This document shows, piece by piece, positions 18,382 through 27,354 of a DNA stretch of 64,000 bases (position 1 is its first letter; each line of letters starts with the position of its first letter). The translations under genes and the position numbers were made by a program. This stretch comes from a virus (taxonomy: Duplodnaviria; Caudoviricetes): positions 1 to 64,000 of IMG/VR virus record IMGVR_UViG_2933279956_000001. The stretch is one strand, 5' to 3'. Under the pieces are notes generated by a model, which ran no database searches, was not told the DNA's origin, and saw only the letters and a program-made list of their open reading frames with translations.

Positions 18382-20433
18382 CTAGACCAGGCCGAGAACG
18401 GATGCGAACTGCAGGCCCTTGTTCGTCGCGGTGCTCGTGGACTCGGCGACCGGGTAGTAGTTCGTCTGGTGGATCACCGTCTGCGGGCCCGTCCGCGGTG
18501 CGCTCGCCTGCGGGACGGCGACCTTGGCGCCGAACGTGGCACCACCCATCGACCCCGCGAGCCCTCCAGCGGTTCCGGCGAGCATCTGCGCGGCCTGCTG
18601 GGCGGGGCTGTAGCCGCTCATCGCCGAATGCATGGAGTGGCGCAGCGTGCCGGTGAGCCGCTCGGCAACCGACTTCACGGACCCTTCCTGCGACAGCAGG
18701 CCCTGCACCCAGCCGCGGACGGTGTCGACGCCGAGGGCGGCCATGAGCGTGGACGGGGACCGGATGCCGAGCAGGTCCTTGATCCACTTGATGAAGCCGG
18801 TGAACAGGCCCCCGACGGTGGAAGTGAAGGAGTTCCACGCGTTGACGAAGCCGTTCTTGATGCCGTTGACCAGGTCCGTGCCGAGGGACCAGAGCTTCTT
18901 GAACGCGCCGGTGATCGTGTTGCCGAAGGCGACGACACCCGACTTGATCGTGTCGAACGCGCCCTTGAAGTCGCCCGTCAGGAGCTTGGCCAGGGCGGTG
19001 ACGACGCTGATGACCAGCGGCAGGATGGCCGTGCTGAGCTGAACCAGGGGCGGCAGAAACGGCGTCACCGCGCCCACGACCTTGGCGAAGATCGTCGCCA
19101 GGAGCGTCAGGATGGGCGACAAGGCCTTGATCAGTTGCAGGATCGGCGGCAGCAATGCCTGCCCCAGCTGCCCAAAAACCGGAAGAATGGGCGTCAAAGC
19201 ACCCAAAACGATGGACACGGCTTGGACGAGTGCGCCGCCCAGCGCGGCCGCGATCTGCCCGACGATCGGCAGCAGCGGAGCAAGCGCCGGAAGAAGCGCG
19301 CTGGCCAGCGTGCCGACCAGTTGGGCGATCGGCGGCAGCAGCGGAAGCAGCGCGACGATCAACTGCCCGAACGCGCCAGCGATCTGCCCGACCACCGGCG
19401 TGAGCTGCGACAGCACCGGCTGCAGCGCCGTCGTGATCGTCTGCGCGACCTGCACCAGCACCGGCAGAAAGGCCGACGCCAGCGTGCCCGCGAGCTGCAG
19501 AATCGGCGGCAGAAGCGGAATGATCGCAGCGACAATCCGCGCGAAGCTCATGATCAGCTGGCCGAGCACCGGCGAGATCCGCAGCAACGCCGGACCCAGC
19601 TGAGCCGCCAGCGTCTGGGCGATCAGCGTGAGCCCGGCGAACAGCGGCCCGGCCAGCGATCCCGCCACCTGGACCAGCACCCCGAGCAGCGGCCCGAGCG
19701 CTTGAAGAACGCCACCGATCCCGGTCACCAGCGTGGCCAGCAGCCCGCTGTTGGCACCCAGCGCGGCCGACACCGGCGCGAGAAATCCGGCCAGCTGCCC
19801 ACCGAACTGGCCGAGGCTGCCAGCGAGCGCGCCCAGCAGCGGCGTCACCGCCCCGACGAGCCCCGACACCGCAGGCAGAATCGGCTGCAGAAACGCACTC
19901 AACCCTGTCGTGAACTGCGCAAACAGGGGCACCATCTGCGTGAACATGCCTTGCAGCGCCGGAGCCAGCTGCGAGGAGAAGATGCTCTTCAACGAGCCGG
20001 CCGCCGCGATCAGTGGCCCCTGGAAAACCGACGCGGCGTTCGCCAGGTCGGCCTTCACCGACGACGACAAGTCCGCGAACGCGGCCTTCACCGCAGGCGC
20101 GGTCGCGGCGGCCTTGATGCCGATGATGCCGATGCCGACGACAGCCGCCGCGGCCGCCGCCGCGATCATGCCTCCGGCCGCGACACCGGCCGCGCCGACG
20201 CCCGCCAGCAGTGCGCCGCTCTTCGCCCCGGCGGCCGCGAGCGCCATTCCGGCGCGTGCCCCGGCCGAGACGACCGTGGCCGCCATCCGGGTCGCGGCCA
20301 TCCCCGCGCCGATCATGGCCGCGTGGATGCCGGTGGCGTGCACCCGGATTCCGGCGACGGCCCGCCCGAACGGGCCGGACATCTGGTCGCGGAAGTCGAG
20401 CGTCGCGTATAGCTCGCCCACGTTGATGCCCAC
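18382..20433 (-). CDS. Tape measure protein 1 (683 aa)
   Basis: MGINVGEL start, LLPPI-type repeats, LGIRSPSTLM; follows the tail chaperones. Confidence 0.9.
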   Translation of the reverse strand: MGINVGELYATLDFRDQMSGPFGRAVAGIRVHATGIHAAMIGAGMAATRMAATVVSAGARAGMALAAAGAKSGALLAGVGAAGVAAGGMIAAAAAAAVVGIGIIGIKAAATAPAVKAAFADLSSSVKADLANAASVFQGPLIAAAGSLKSIFSSQLAPALQGMFTQMVPLFAQFTTGLSAFLQPILPAVSGLVGAVTPLLGALAGSLGQFGGQLAGFLAPVSAALGANSGLLATLVTGIGGVLQALGPLLGVLVQVAGSLAGPLFAGLTLIAQTLAAQLGPALLRISPVLGQLIMSFARIVAAIIPLLPPILQLAGTLASAFLPVLVQVAQTITTALQPVLSQLTPVVGQIAGAFGQLIVALLPLLPPIAQLVGTLASALLPALAPLLPIVGQIAAALGGALVQAVSIVLGALTPILPVFGQLGQALLPPILQLIKALSPILTLLATIFAKVVGAVTPFLPPLVQLSTAILPLVISVVTALAKLLTGDFKGAFDTIKSGVVAFGNTITGAFKKLWSLGTDLVNGIKNGFVNAWNSFTSTVGGLFTGFIKWIKDLLGIRSPSTLMAALGVDTVRGWVQGLLSQEGSVKSVAERLTGTLRHSMHSAMSGYSPAQQAAQMLAGTAGGLAGSMGGATFGAKVAVPQASAPRTGPQTVIHQTNYYPVAESTSTATNKGLQFASVLGLV

Positions 20434-20452
20434 CCCGGCCCCCTTCAGCTGG

Positions 20453-20752
20453 TCAGTCCGGTGGAGGAGGGGAGAGGGCGCGGGCCAGGCGCGTGTCAGC
20501 GTCGAGCAGGCCGAGGATGCGGGTACGAAGCCACCGCCAGGAGCGGCCCTCCAGCGAGCGCGGCGATTCCAGGTCGATGCCGTACACCTGGTGCAGGTCG
20601 CATTCGACGAGCTGCCAGCGGGCTAGGACTTCTTCCCAGCCGACCGCTTCGCCGCCGCCTTCGTGGCCCGGGGCCGGCTCGTACCACTCCCAGAGGCCGG
20701 TCGCTTCGTCGTAGTTGCCGCCGCCCCGGGGTCCGGGGCTGCCGCTTCCCCC
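20453..20752 (-). CDS. Tail assembly chaperone frameshift extension (gpGT-like)
   Basis: -1 frame entered at GGGGGAA (20752-20746); WQLVECDLHQVYGIDL..SWRWLRTRILGLL. Confidence 0.75.
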   Translation of the reverse strand, partial: GGSGSPGPRGGGNYDEATGLWEWYEPAPGHEGGGEAVGWEEVLARWQLVECDLHQVYGIDLESPRSLEGRSWRWLRTRILGLLDADTRLARALSPPPPD

Positions 20753-21099
20753 GCCTGGCCACCCGACTCCCAGTAGCGCATGGCCGTGTCGACGCCCATG
20801 GTGATCCACAAGAACGCGGTCACCCCGGCCAGCTTGATCTTCAACCAGTCGACGCCGTTGGCGCGAAGCTGGCCGTAGACGGGGCCGAGAACCCGCTGGT
20901 ACATGTCGAGCTCCTGGCCGTCGTCCAGCATGGCCGCGTCCACCTGGCCGCCGTTGGCCGCGACCACACCTGCCGCCATCAGCCGCTCGCACAGCACGCC
21001 GGTTTCGGCGTCCGGCGCCGGGACGACGTAGCGCTTGCCGCCGATCGGCAACGCCAGCGTGCTGTCGAAGAAGTCGTCAAGATCCTTGAACTCGGCCAC
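20623..21099 (-). CDS. Tail assembly chaperone (gpG-like)
   Basis: Lies between major tail and tape measure genes; contains slippery G GGG GAA. Confidence 0.8.
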   Translation of the reverse strand: MAEFKDLDDFFDSTLALPIGGKRYVVPAPDAETGVLCERLMAAGVVAANGGQVDAAMLDDGQELDMYQRVLGPVYGQLRANGVDWLKIKLAGVTAFLWITMGVDTAMRYWESGGQAGEAAAPDPGAAATTTKRPASGSGTSRPRATKAAAKRSAGKKS

Positions 21100-21102
21100 G
21101 GG

Positions 21103-21570
21103 CTACGCCGTCGGGTTCGTGATCTCGACCGGCTTGCCCTGGCCGATCACTTCGGCGTCGAACGGCTCCAAGTCGGTGGTCTTGCCGCCGCCGCCCTTGT
21201 AGTCGACGGTGCCCCACCCTTCGTAGGCGTCGGGGGCGCCGTCCTTGCGGTACCACCGCACGTGGAGGTTGGCTTCCATGCCGACGATGAGTCCGGCCTT
21301 GCGCAGGAGCTCCTGTCCGGCGTCGGGGATGAACGGGCCGGGCTGGTTCTCACGCTTGCGGTTGCCCTTGATCTTGAGGGTCCACGCGCGCTGGGTGGTC
21401 GCCTCGGATGCCCAGCCGTCTCCGTCGAAGTCGGAGTCGTCCTCGGTCTTGCTCTTGATCTCGGGCTCGAACGTGGTCAGGCCGCGGACTCGGGTCCAGG
21501 TCGCAGCCGCGCTGGGCGTGGCGTCGACCTCGAAGACCCAGTCCTTGGCGAGCAGACTGCGCTGGCTCAC
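21103..21570 (-). CDS. Major tail (tube) protein
   Basis: WTRVRGLTTFEP, DDSDFDGDGW, PDAGQELLR, VRWY; synteny. Confidence 0.85.
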   Translation of the reverse strand: MSQRSLLAKDWVFEVDATPSAAATWTRVRGLTTFEPEIKSKTEDDSDFDGDGWASEATTQRAWTLKIKGNRKRENQPGPFIPDAGQELLRKAGLIVGMEANLHVRWYRKDGAPDAYEGWGTVDYKGGGGKTTDLEPFDAEVIGQGKPVEITNPTA

Positions 21571-21640
21571 GGGGTGCCTCCTCGGGCATGCGGGAAGTTC
21601 TCGGCAGCGGTTTAGCTGCCAAGATGGGGAAGTCAGGGAG

Positions 21641-22093
21641 TTAGGGGCGATGGAGGCTGGGCCGGGCGACCATCAGGTCGTAGCTGTCGGCGCGTTCCCA
21701 GCGGCCGGAGGCGTCACGGTCGAGCGGGGCCACGATGCGGCGTTGCGCCAGCAGCACGAACACGCCGGTGGCGAGCTGACAGTTGGACAGGCCCTGCAGG
21801 ACGTCGTAGACGCCATCGGCCAGGTCGTCGACGACGCGCGGGTCCTGGCCACCGCGCATGCGGGCCTGGACCTGCACCATCGCGTCAGCGTCGGTGACGC
21901 TGTCGGTCCACGTTCCGGCCCCGTACACGGCGAAACAGATCGCGTTGTCCGGGCTGGGCGGCAGGCCGCCGATCGTGAGCGCCACCTGGTCGCCGGCGTA
22001 GACGCCGTCCGGGTTCCACACGCCGACCCCGTGCTGGGCGTGCAGCTCGGCCAGGCCGGACAGCAGGTCACGCGTCCAGGACCGGGCGCTCAT
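21641..22093 (-). CDS. Tail terminator / minor capsid-type protein
   Basis: VQVQARMRG, DDLADGVYDVLQGL; directly upstream of the tube gene. Confidence 0.75.
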   Translation of the reverse strand: MSARSWTRDLLSGLAELHAQHGVGVWNPDGVYAGDQVALTIGGLPPSPDNAICFAVYGAGTWTDSVTDADAMVQVQARMRGGQDPRVVDDLADGVYDVLQGLSNCQLATGVFVLLAQRRIVAPLDRDASGRWERADSYDLMVARPSLHRP

Positions 22094-22443
22094 TCGAGCG
22101 CCTGCGCGATCGCGGCCGCGATGAGCGCCTCCACGGTCTCGGCCGCCTCGGCGGCGGCGTCCTCGAGAAACTTCGCCTGTCCGGGCGGCAGGTGCCGGGC
22201 CTGGAGGTCCTCGTGCACGATGGCGGCGTACGGGGTGTCGTAGGAGACGGCGGCGCGCAGGCTGGTCTCGTCCACGGTTGCGGCGCCGGACTGCTGCAGG
22301 CGGGCGGTGTCCACCGGGGTGATGGCGCGGGACTCAGTGAGGATGTGTTCGGAGGCCAGCCGCAGCCCGTTGACGGCGGCGTCGTGGACGTTGTCGGTGA
22401 TGGTGTTCGGGCTGATGCGCTGGTCCCACCGGGCTCCGCTCAT
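22090..22443 (-). CDS. Neck/tail completion protein (HK97 gp10-like)
   Basis: TPVDTARLQQS, VSYDTPYAAIVHE, GQAKFLE. Confidence 0.75.
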   Translation of the reverse strand: MSGARWDQRISPNTITDNVHDAAVNGLRLASEHILTESRAITPVDTARLQQSGAATVDETSLRAAVSYDTPYAAIVHEDLQARHLPPGQAKFLEDAAAEAAETVEALIAAAIAQALE

Positions 22444-22754
22444 TGGCACACCGCCTCTACGTGGTCCGGAGTTGGGAGGCCGCCGCCATCGCGGATGTAG
22501 GAGCCGATGACGGTGGTGGTGCGGCCGTTGACGCTGACGCGGGATCCGGCCGGGCACACGGTGCCGGGCAGCAGGTACAGAGTCAGTTCGGAGACGACCT
22601 CCGACCCCTCGGCGTCGCGGACCATGCGGCGTTCGTCGTCGGCCAGGCAGACGACGGTGACGGCCGGTCCGTAGATGGGTCCGTAGGCGCTGTCTCCGAG
22701 GTAGGGCTCGATGACCGCCTGGTGGCGCAGCAGCCATGCGGGGAGCACGGTCAC
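22440..22754 (-). CDS. Head-tail stopper/joining protein
   Basis: 104 aa; YGPIYG, RMVRDAEGSEVVS; synteny. Confidence 0.7.
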   Translation of the reverse strand: MTVLPAWLLRHQAVIEPYLGDSAYGPIYGPAVTVVCLADDERRMVRDAEGSEVVSELTLYLLPGTVCPAGSRVSVNGRTTTVIGSYIRDGGGLPTPDHVEAVCQ

Positions 22755-22757
22755 GGG

Positions 22758-23162
22758 TCACCTCCAGGCGGTCGCGTCGATCACCACTCCGGGCAGCAGT
22801 CCTGCGCGCCGCAGGATCGCTTTGGCGTCCTGCGCGTGCCGGGGCGGGCCGCTCGCGTCCGACCCGGAGGCTCGTTCCAGCCGTACCGACCCGATGTCGG
22901 TCTTCTTGAACGCGCTGGCGACGCCGTACGGGTCGCCGACCTCGCGCGCCCAAGCCGCCTGCGCGCACGTCGCCCGCGCGATCGCCGCCCGAAGGTCGGC
23001 GTCGACCGGCATCTCCGAGCTGTCGGTGGCGTAGACCGCGCCCTGGAGCAGCTCGTCGATCCGCTCGCTCGCGCGCTCCAGGTCGCCGTCAATGTCGGCC
23101 GGGGCGGGCTTCTTCGTGTAGGCGGTGTAGTCGGCCGCGGTGGCGTACACGAGGAGCGCCAC
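22758..23162 (-). CDS. Head-tail adaptor
   Basis: VYATAADY, LERASERID, ATCAQ; synteny. Confidence 0.75.
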   Translation of the reverse strand: MALLVYATAADYTAYTKKPAPADIDGDLERASERIDELLQGAVYATDSSEMPVDADLRAAIARATCAQAAWAREVGDPYGVASAFKKTDIGSVRLERASGSDASGPPRHAQDAKAILRRAGLLPGVVIDATAWR

Positions 23163-23163
23163 G

Positions 23164-23514
23164 TCAGCCTGCCGGAAGGCTGATCAGCTTCACCGACACG
23201 CCGGTGACGGCCGAGTAGTCGATGTGGAACTTGCCGTTCGCCTGCCGGTAGATCGGCTTGAACGGGCCGATCATCATCAGGCCGGTGGTGGCCGGGATCG
23301 TCACCGACCTGTCGGTAACCGTCTGGCCCTCGATCAGAATGGGGATGTCGAACAGCAGATTCTTGGCGGACGCGTCGGTGTTCTTCGCGACCAGCAGCAT
23401 GCGGCCGTTGTCGGCGACGGCGTGCCCGTCGGCGATCGCCGGAGTGAACCCTGCGGTGAGGTCCACGCCGGACATCGACGCCTCGGCGACGGTGGTGAGG
23501 TCGGTTCTAGCCAT
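23164..23514 (-). CDS. Putative virion structural protein
   Basis: Beta-rich 116 aa protein, coupled within the head operon. Confidence 0.6.
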   Translation of the reverse strand: MARTDLTTVAEASMSGVDLTAGFTPAIADGHAVADNGRMLLVAKNTDASAKNLLFDIPILIEGQTVTDRSVTIPATTGLMMIGPFKPIYRQANGKFHIDYSAVTGVSVKLISLPAG

Positions 23515-23893
23515 CGTCGTCCTCCTCGGTGCCGAACTCGGTGATGAGCGCCTGCTTGGACAGGGCGCGTGCGTCGCGTTCGGGCATGCCGCGCCAGATG
23601 GCGTAGGCGACCCATTCGCGCTTGTTCTCGTGCTCGGCGGGCCGGATCACCTGAGCTGCCGGGTCCGGCTGGACGGGTGCTCCGTCGTCGGCCGGGTCCG
23701 GCTCGGACGGGGCGCCGATCAGCAGCCAGTTCTCCAGCCGGTCCAGACGCGTCGACCTGGTCGAGTACTCGGCGGTCTGGCCCGTGTTGACGTTGCGGTA
23801 CTGGTACGTGGACGCCACCGCGACGGAGATGGCGTCGGCGTCGGCGAGGGCGCCGGCCTTGTTGATGTTCTCCCTGGCCGTCATCGCGCCCAT
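23507..23893 (-). CDS. Head-region protein with C-terminal short helical domain
   Basis: RPAEHENKREWVAYA...LSKQALI. Confidence 0.55.
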   Translation of the reverse strand: MGAMTARENINKAGALADADAISVAVASTYQYRNVNTGQTAEYSTRSTRLDRLENWLLIGAPSEPDPADDGAPVQPDPAAQVIRPAEHENKREWVAYAIWRGMPERDARALSKQALITEFGTEEDDDG

Positions 23894-23919
23894 GTGATCG
23901 GTGGGAGTGCGCGGCCCCA

Positions 23920-24273
23920 TCAGAAGTTGGCGTCCTTCTCGATGTCGATCTGGATGATGAGGTCCGTCGGGGTGCCCGCCGCGGACACGACGGTCGCGGC
24001 GAGCGTGTCACCCGCCTGCAGCCGCCGGTTGCCGGTCGGGCCGAGCGCTGCGGCCATCCAGGTGGCCGCGGTGCTCACGGACAGGTCCGAGGCGAGCATC
24101 GACGCGCCGTTCTTGGTGGCGTTGACCGCTGCGGCCGTGCCGCCGACGCGGTAGGCGCGCACGGCGACGACGCGGCACGGCACGGACGCGCGCCACAGCA
24201 CGAAGGTGCCTGCGGCGATGTCGGCGCCCTTGAGCGTGATGGACTTCTCGGTAAGACGTGGCTTGTACGCCAT
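23920..24273 (-). CDS. Putative capsid decoration protein
   Basis: AAGGAG RBS; beta-rich; immediately after the major capsid gene. Confidence 0.55.
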   Translation of the reverse strand: MAYKPRLTEKSITLKGADIAAGTFVLWRASVPCRVVAVRAYRVGGTAAAVNATKNGASMLASDLSVSTAATWMAAALGPTGNRRLQAGDTLAATVVSAAGTPTDLIIQIDIEKDANF

Positions 24274-24338
24274 GAAGGGTTTCTCCTTATCCGATGGGTG
24301 AACCCTTCTCGGAAGCGAAAACGCTTCCGAGAAAGGCG

Positions 24339-25253
24339 TTAGGGAACGTCCACGTCCTTGACGAGGACCGCCCGGTTGGGGTCCAGCGTCTTGGTGCCGT
24401 ACAACGTGTCGATGCTGACGACGTCCTGCTTCAGGTCGATGTCGTAGTCCATGACCACGCGCAGGCTGAAGCCCTTGTAGTTGGCGACGACCGCGTTCGC
24501 TGCGCCCTGCGGCAACACCAGCGGCCTCGTGACCAGGCAAAACGCCGTCCTATGGAAGGCGACGCCGACCTCGCTGGTGGAGTTGCCGGTGGTCTGCGGC
24601 GGCACCTTCACGTTCTGCGTGGAGAACGCGTCGAACCCGAACACGCGCCGACCCAGCGAGGCCTCGCGCAGGCCATCAGTGTCGCCGCGGACGTCGAGCT
24701 GGTGAAACAGCGGGTCGGACAGCCAGTTGGCCTTCGTCTGCGGGCCGATGACGACGCTGCGCGCGGACGGGGCGACGTTGCGCTCGTTCAGCACGCGGTC
24801 GGCGTCGATGCAGGTCTTCGGGGTGTTCCACGCGTGCAGGTTCGGCGGGCCGCCGTTGCCGACCTCCTGCGTGATGTCGTCCCGCAGGACCAGCAGGTCC
24901 CGGTCGATCTTCTGCGAGATCGCTTCCATCGCCGGGTTGAGCAGCTGCGTCGCGAAATCTTCAATTCTCAACGTCATTTCTTCGGCGGTGACCGCGAAGC
25001 TGACGTCGGCGAAGTGGTTGAGCTTGACAGGGATCGCGGTCTCGGTCGCGTTCTGGATCTGGATGCCCTGCGACCGGTCGTACTCGTAGGCGTCGAACGT
25101 GGCAGGCTTGCGCACGTTGACGGTGTCGCCCACCTTGCCGGCGAAGTCCTCGTCGAGGTCCCTGTGGACCAGCTGGGCCATGACGCAGGTCTCGTACAGG
25201 GTTGCCAGGGCGGCCCGTGCGATCACGGATGGCGTGAGAAAGGTGTTGGCCAT
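24339..25253 (-). CDS. Major capsid protein (P22 coat-like family)
   Basis: MANTFLTP, KVGDTVNVRKP, VAFHRTAF, SIDTLYG. Confidence 0.9.
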   Translation of the reverse strand: MANTFLTPSVIARAALATLYETCVMAQLVHRDLDEDFAGKVGDTVNVRKPATFDAYEYDRSQGIQIQNATETAIPVKLNHFADVSFAVTAEEMTLRIEDFATQLLNPAMEAISQKIDRDLLVLRDDITQEVGNGGPPNLHAWNTPKTCIDADRVLNERNVAPSARSVVIGPQTKANWLSDPLFHQLDVRGDTDGLREASLGRRVFGFDAFSTQNVKVPPQTTGNSTSEVGVAFHRTAFCLVTRPLVLPQGAANAVVANYKGFSLRVVMDYDIDLKQDVVSIDTLYGTKTLDPNRAVLVKDVDVP

Positions 25254-25278
25254 AGGGGGCCGTCTCCTTCAGAGGTGG

Positions 25279-26040
25279 TTAGGAGGACGACTTCTTGCGC
25301 CGTTCACGGCGGAAGTCGTCGACGGACTTGTCCTCGGCGTCCGAGCCGGGGCCGGGCCCCGCGCTGAACTCGCCTCCGGACTTGGTCGGCGGCCCGGACA
25401 GGCCGGACGCCTTGAACTTGGGGTTGTCCTCCACCGCGAGCTTGATCACCTCGTCCAGGCGGGCGGCGAAGCCATCCGTGTCGGGGTCGAGGCCGTGGAT
25501 GTTCAGCACGAACGAGCGCGAGTCGAGCAGCGCGTCGGGGTCGGCGCCGACCTTGCCGGACGAGCGGTGCACGGCCAGTTCCACGAGGGTGCGGCGCAGC
25601 CGGTCGGCGTTGTCGGCGGCCCGCTTGTCGGCCTCGGCCGCCTTCTCGGTGAGCTGCTGGACGAGGATCTGCGGGTCGACGGGCTTCGCGGATTCGTCCT
25701 CGACGAGGCCGAGCGCGATGCCGATCTGACGGGCGACGTCTTTCGCAGCCTCCTCGCGGGCGGCTGCGGCGGCCTCCTCCTGCTTGGCGGCCACCTGGTC
25801 AGGCGACAGCAGGTCGCGGCTCTCGCCGTTACGCAGCTTGATCACCTGCTGGCGGGCCCGCTGCAGCTCCTCCTGCGCCCACTTCGGCAGCTGGTCGATC
25901 TTGCGGGCGTCCAGGTTCGCCTGCTCCTGCTTGGCCGCCTCCTCCTGCGCGGCAGGCGCGGGCGGGGCGGGCGTGGTGGCAGCCTCTGCGGATTCGGTCT
26001 GCACCTGCCCGGCGGCAGCTTCCGGCGCGGTCTCCGACAT
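25279..26040 (-). CDS. Scaffolding protein
   Basis: Acidic/Ala-rich; LPKWAQ, ALLDSRSF, NPKFK, KSGGEF; upstream of capsid gene. Confidence 0.8.
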   Translation of the reverse strand: MSETAPEAAAGQVQTESAEAATTPAPPAPAAQEEAAKQEQANLDARKIDQLPKWAQEELQRARQQVIKLRNGESRDLLSPDQVAAKQEEAAAAAREEAAKDVARQIGIALGLVEDESAKPVDPQILVQQLTEKAAEADKRAADNADRLRRTLVELAVHRSSGKVGADPDALLDSRSFVLNIHGLDPDTDGFAARLDEVIKLAVEDNPKFKASGLSGPPTKSGGEFSAGPGPGSDAEDKSVDDFRRERRKKSSS

Positions 26041-26070
26041 GGGACAACTCCTGATGGGACGGGGTCGGCC

Positions 26071-26185
26071 GCCCGGCCAACGGGCTGCATCCGACGTGAA
26101 GCGGCTCCGGCCGCGCCCGGCCAACGGGCAGATCCGGCTCGGACTAACCACCCCCGTGTTGGTGCTCGCCGCCCGGCCAACGGGC
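26071..26185 (-). repeat. Three identical 15-bp mini-hairpins GCCCGGCCAACGGGC
   Basis: Copies at 26071-26085, 26115-26129 and 26171-26185 in the scaffold leader. Confidence 0.85.
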
Positions 26186-26220
26186 TGCGCGAGACTCCTG
26201 GGGGAAACTTGTGGGGTGCC

Positions 26221-27354
26221 CTATCGGGCGGGACGGTCGGCGTAGGCGACCGGCCTTGGTCCGGGTGCGGAGGCCCGGTGCTCCTTGAGCCGGGCCCGGT
26301 ACTCGGAGGCCTTCGCCGCCGCCTTCTTCCGGGTGGCTTCGTCACCGAGCGCTTTCGCTGCGGACCGGCGTCGCTCCCACGAGCGGGCCTGACGTTGCAG
26401 CTGTCGCTCCTGCTGACGCGCCTTGTACGCGGCCTCCCGCTCGGCTTTCGTTCCGGCCGCCCGGGGCGGCTGGGTGAGGCCGGGCAGGTACGCCGACAGC
26501 GAGTGCGTGCACCGCGGATGCTGGAGTCCGGCCGCCCGCGCCTGCGCGATCGTCGCGGCCACGTTCACCTCGACGGGCTCCCGCGTCACGGGATTGGCTT
26601 CGGTGCGGGCGCCGGGCTGGCCGTCCTGGGTGAGGATCGTGCCTTCCCAGGGGGCGCACACCGGGCACGTTCCGGCCGCCGAGCGGGAGACGATGACGAG
26701 GTCCATGCCGTTGGCCCGCAGGGATGCGAGGTGGCCGTCGGTGGCGGCGCGGGCCTGCGCCGTCCGCATCGCCATCTCCACGTACGACGACAGCGACCAA
26801 GCGCGGCCGCGTTCGTCGGTGAACCCGGTGACGCCGTGCGCGGCGAAGATGTCCATGGCGCGGGCCGCCGCCTTGCGCGGGTCCTCGGCACCGGCGAGCA
26901 CGCGCGCAGACATTTCAGCGATCACCTTGCGGTAGAGGTCCTCGACGAGGCGCAGCGCGCTGTCGTGAACGGAGTCGATGCCGCGGACCGTTTGCGCGGC
27001 CAGCTCGGCAACGCCCTGCCCAGGATTGATCGCCTTCTTGGCGCCGACCTGGCGGAGCTCGGCCAGCGCCCGGGTGACGCCGCGCCGCCACGCTGCGGTG
27101 ACGCCACGCTGCACCGCGCGCTCCATCGCCTTCTCCAGGCGGGCGAGGATGCGTTCGGTGTCCTTACGCAGCTGAGCGAGTTCGGCGGCGCGGACAATCG
27201 CCCATTCCGGCTCGTCCAGCTGACGGGAGACGCGGTCGGCGATCATGTCGAGGAGCGCCTGCTCGGCGTCGGCGTACATGGCCGACAGGAGCCGGGCCTG
27301 GGCGACGGCGTCGAGGACGTCGGCCGCGTCCTGCGGCGTCGCGACCGCCATCAC
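26221..27354 (-). CDS. Minor capsid protein (Phage_min_cap2 / MuF-like)
   Basis: GRAWSLSSYVEMAMRT, CPVCAPWEG, GLQHPRCTH. Confidence 0.85.
   Translation of the reverse strand: MMAVATPQDAADVLDAVAQARLLSAMYADAEQALLDMIADRVSRQLDEPEWAIVRAAELAQLRKDTERILARLEKAMERAVQRGVTAAWRRGVTRALAELRQVGAKKAINPGQGVAELAAQTVRGIDSVHDSALRLVEDLYRKVIAEMSARVLAGAEDPRKAAARAMDIFAAHGVTGFTDERGRAWSLSSYVEMAMRTAQARAATDGHLASLRANGMDLVIVSRSAAGTCPVCAPWEGTILTQDGQPGARTEANPVTREPVEVNVAATIAQARAAGLQHPRCTHSLSAYLPGLTQPPRAAGTKAEREAAYKARQQERQLQRQARSWERRRSAAKALGDEATRKKAAAKASEYRARLKEHRASAPGPRPVAYADRPAR

Noticed and set aside
16441-20412. 1323-aa plus-strand ORF and other long antisense ORFs
   Set aside because: Arg/Gly-rich shadow frames opposite real high-GC genes; no motifs
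16030-20433. Single tape-measure gene split by a stop or frameshift
   Set aside because: Each ORF has both the conserved N-terminal and C-terminal motifs and its own RBS
26071-26185. CRISPR mini-array
   Set aside because: Repeats are only 15 bp, three copies with unequal spacers (29 and 41 bp), and no cas genes
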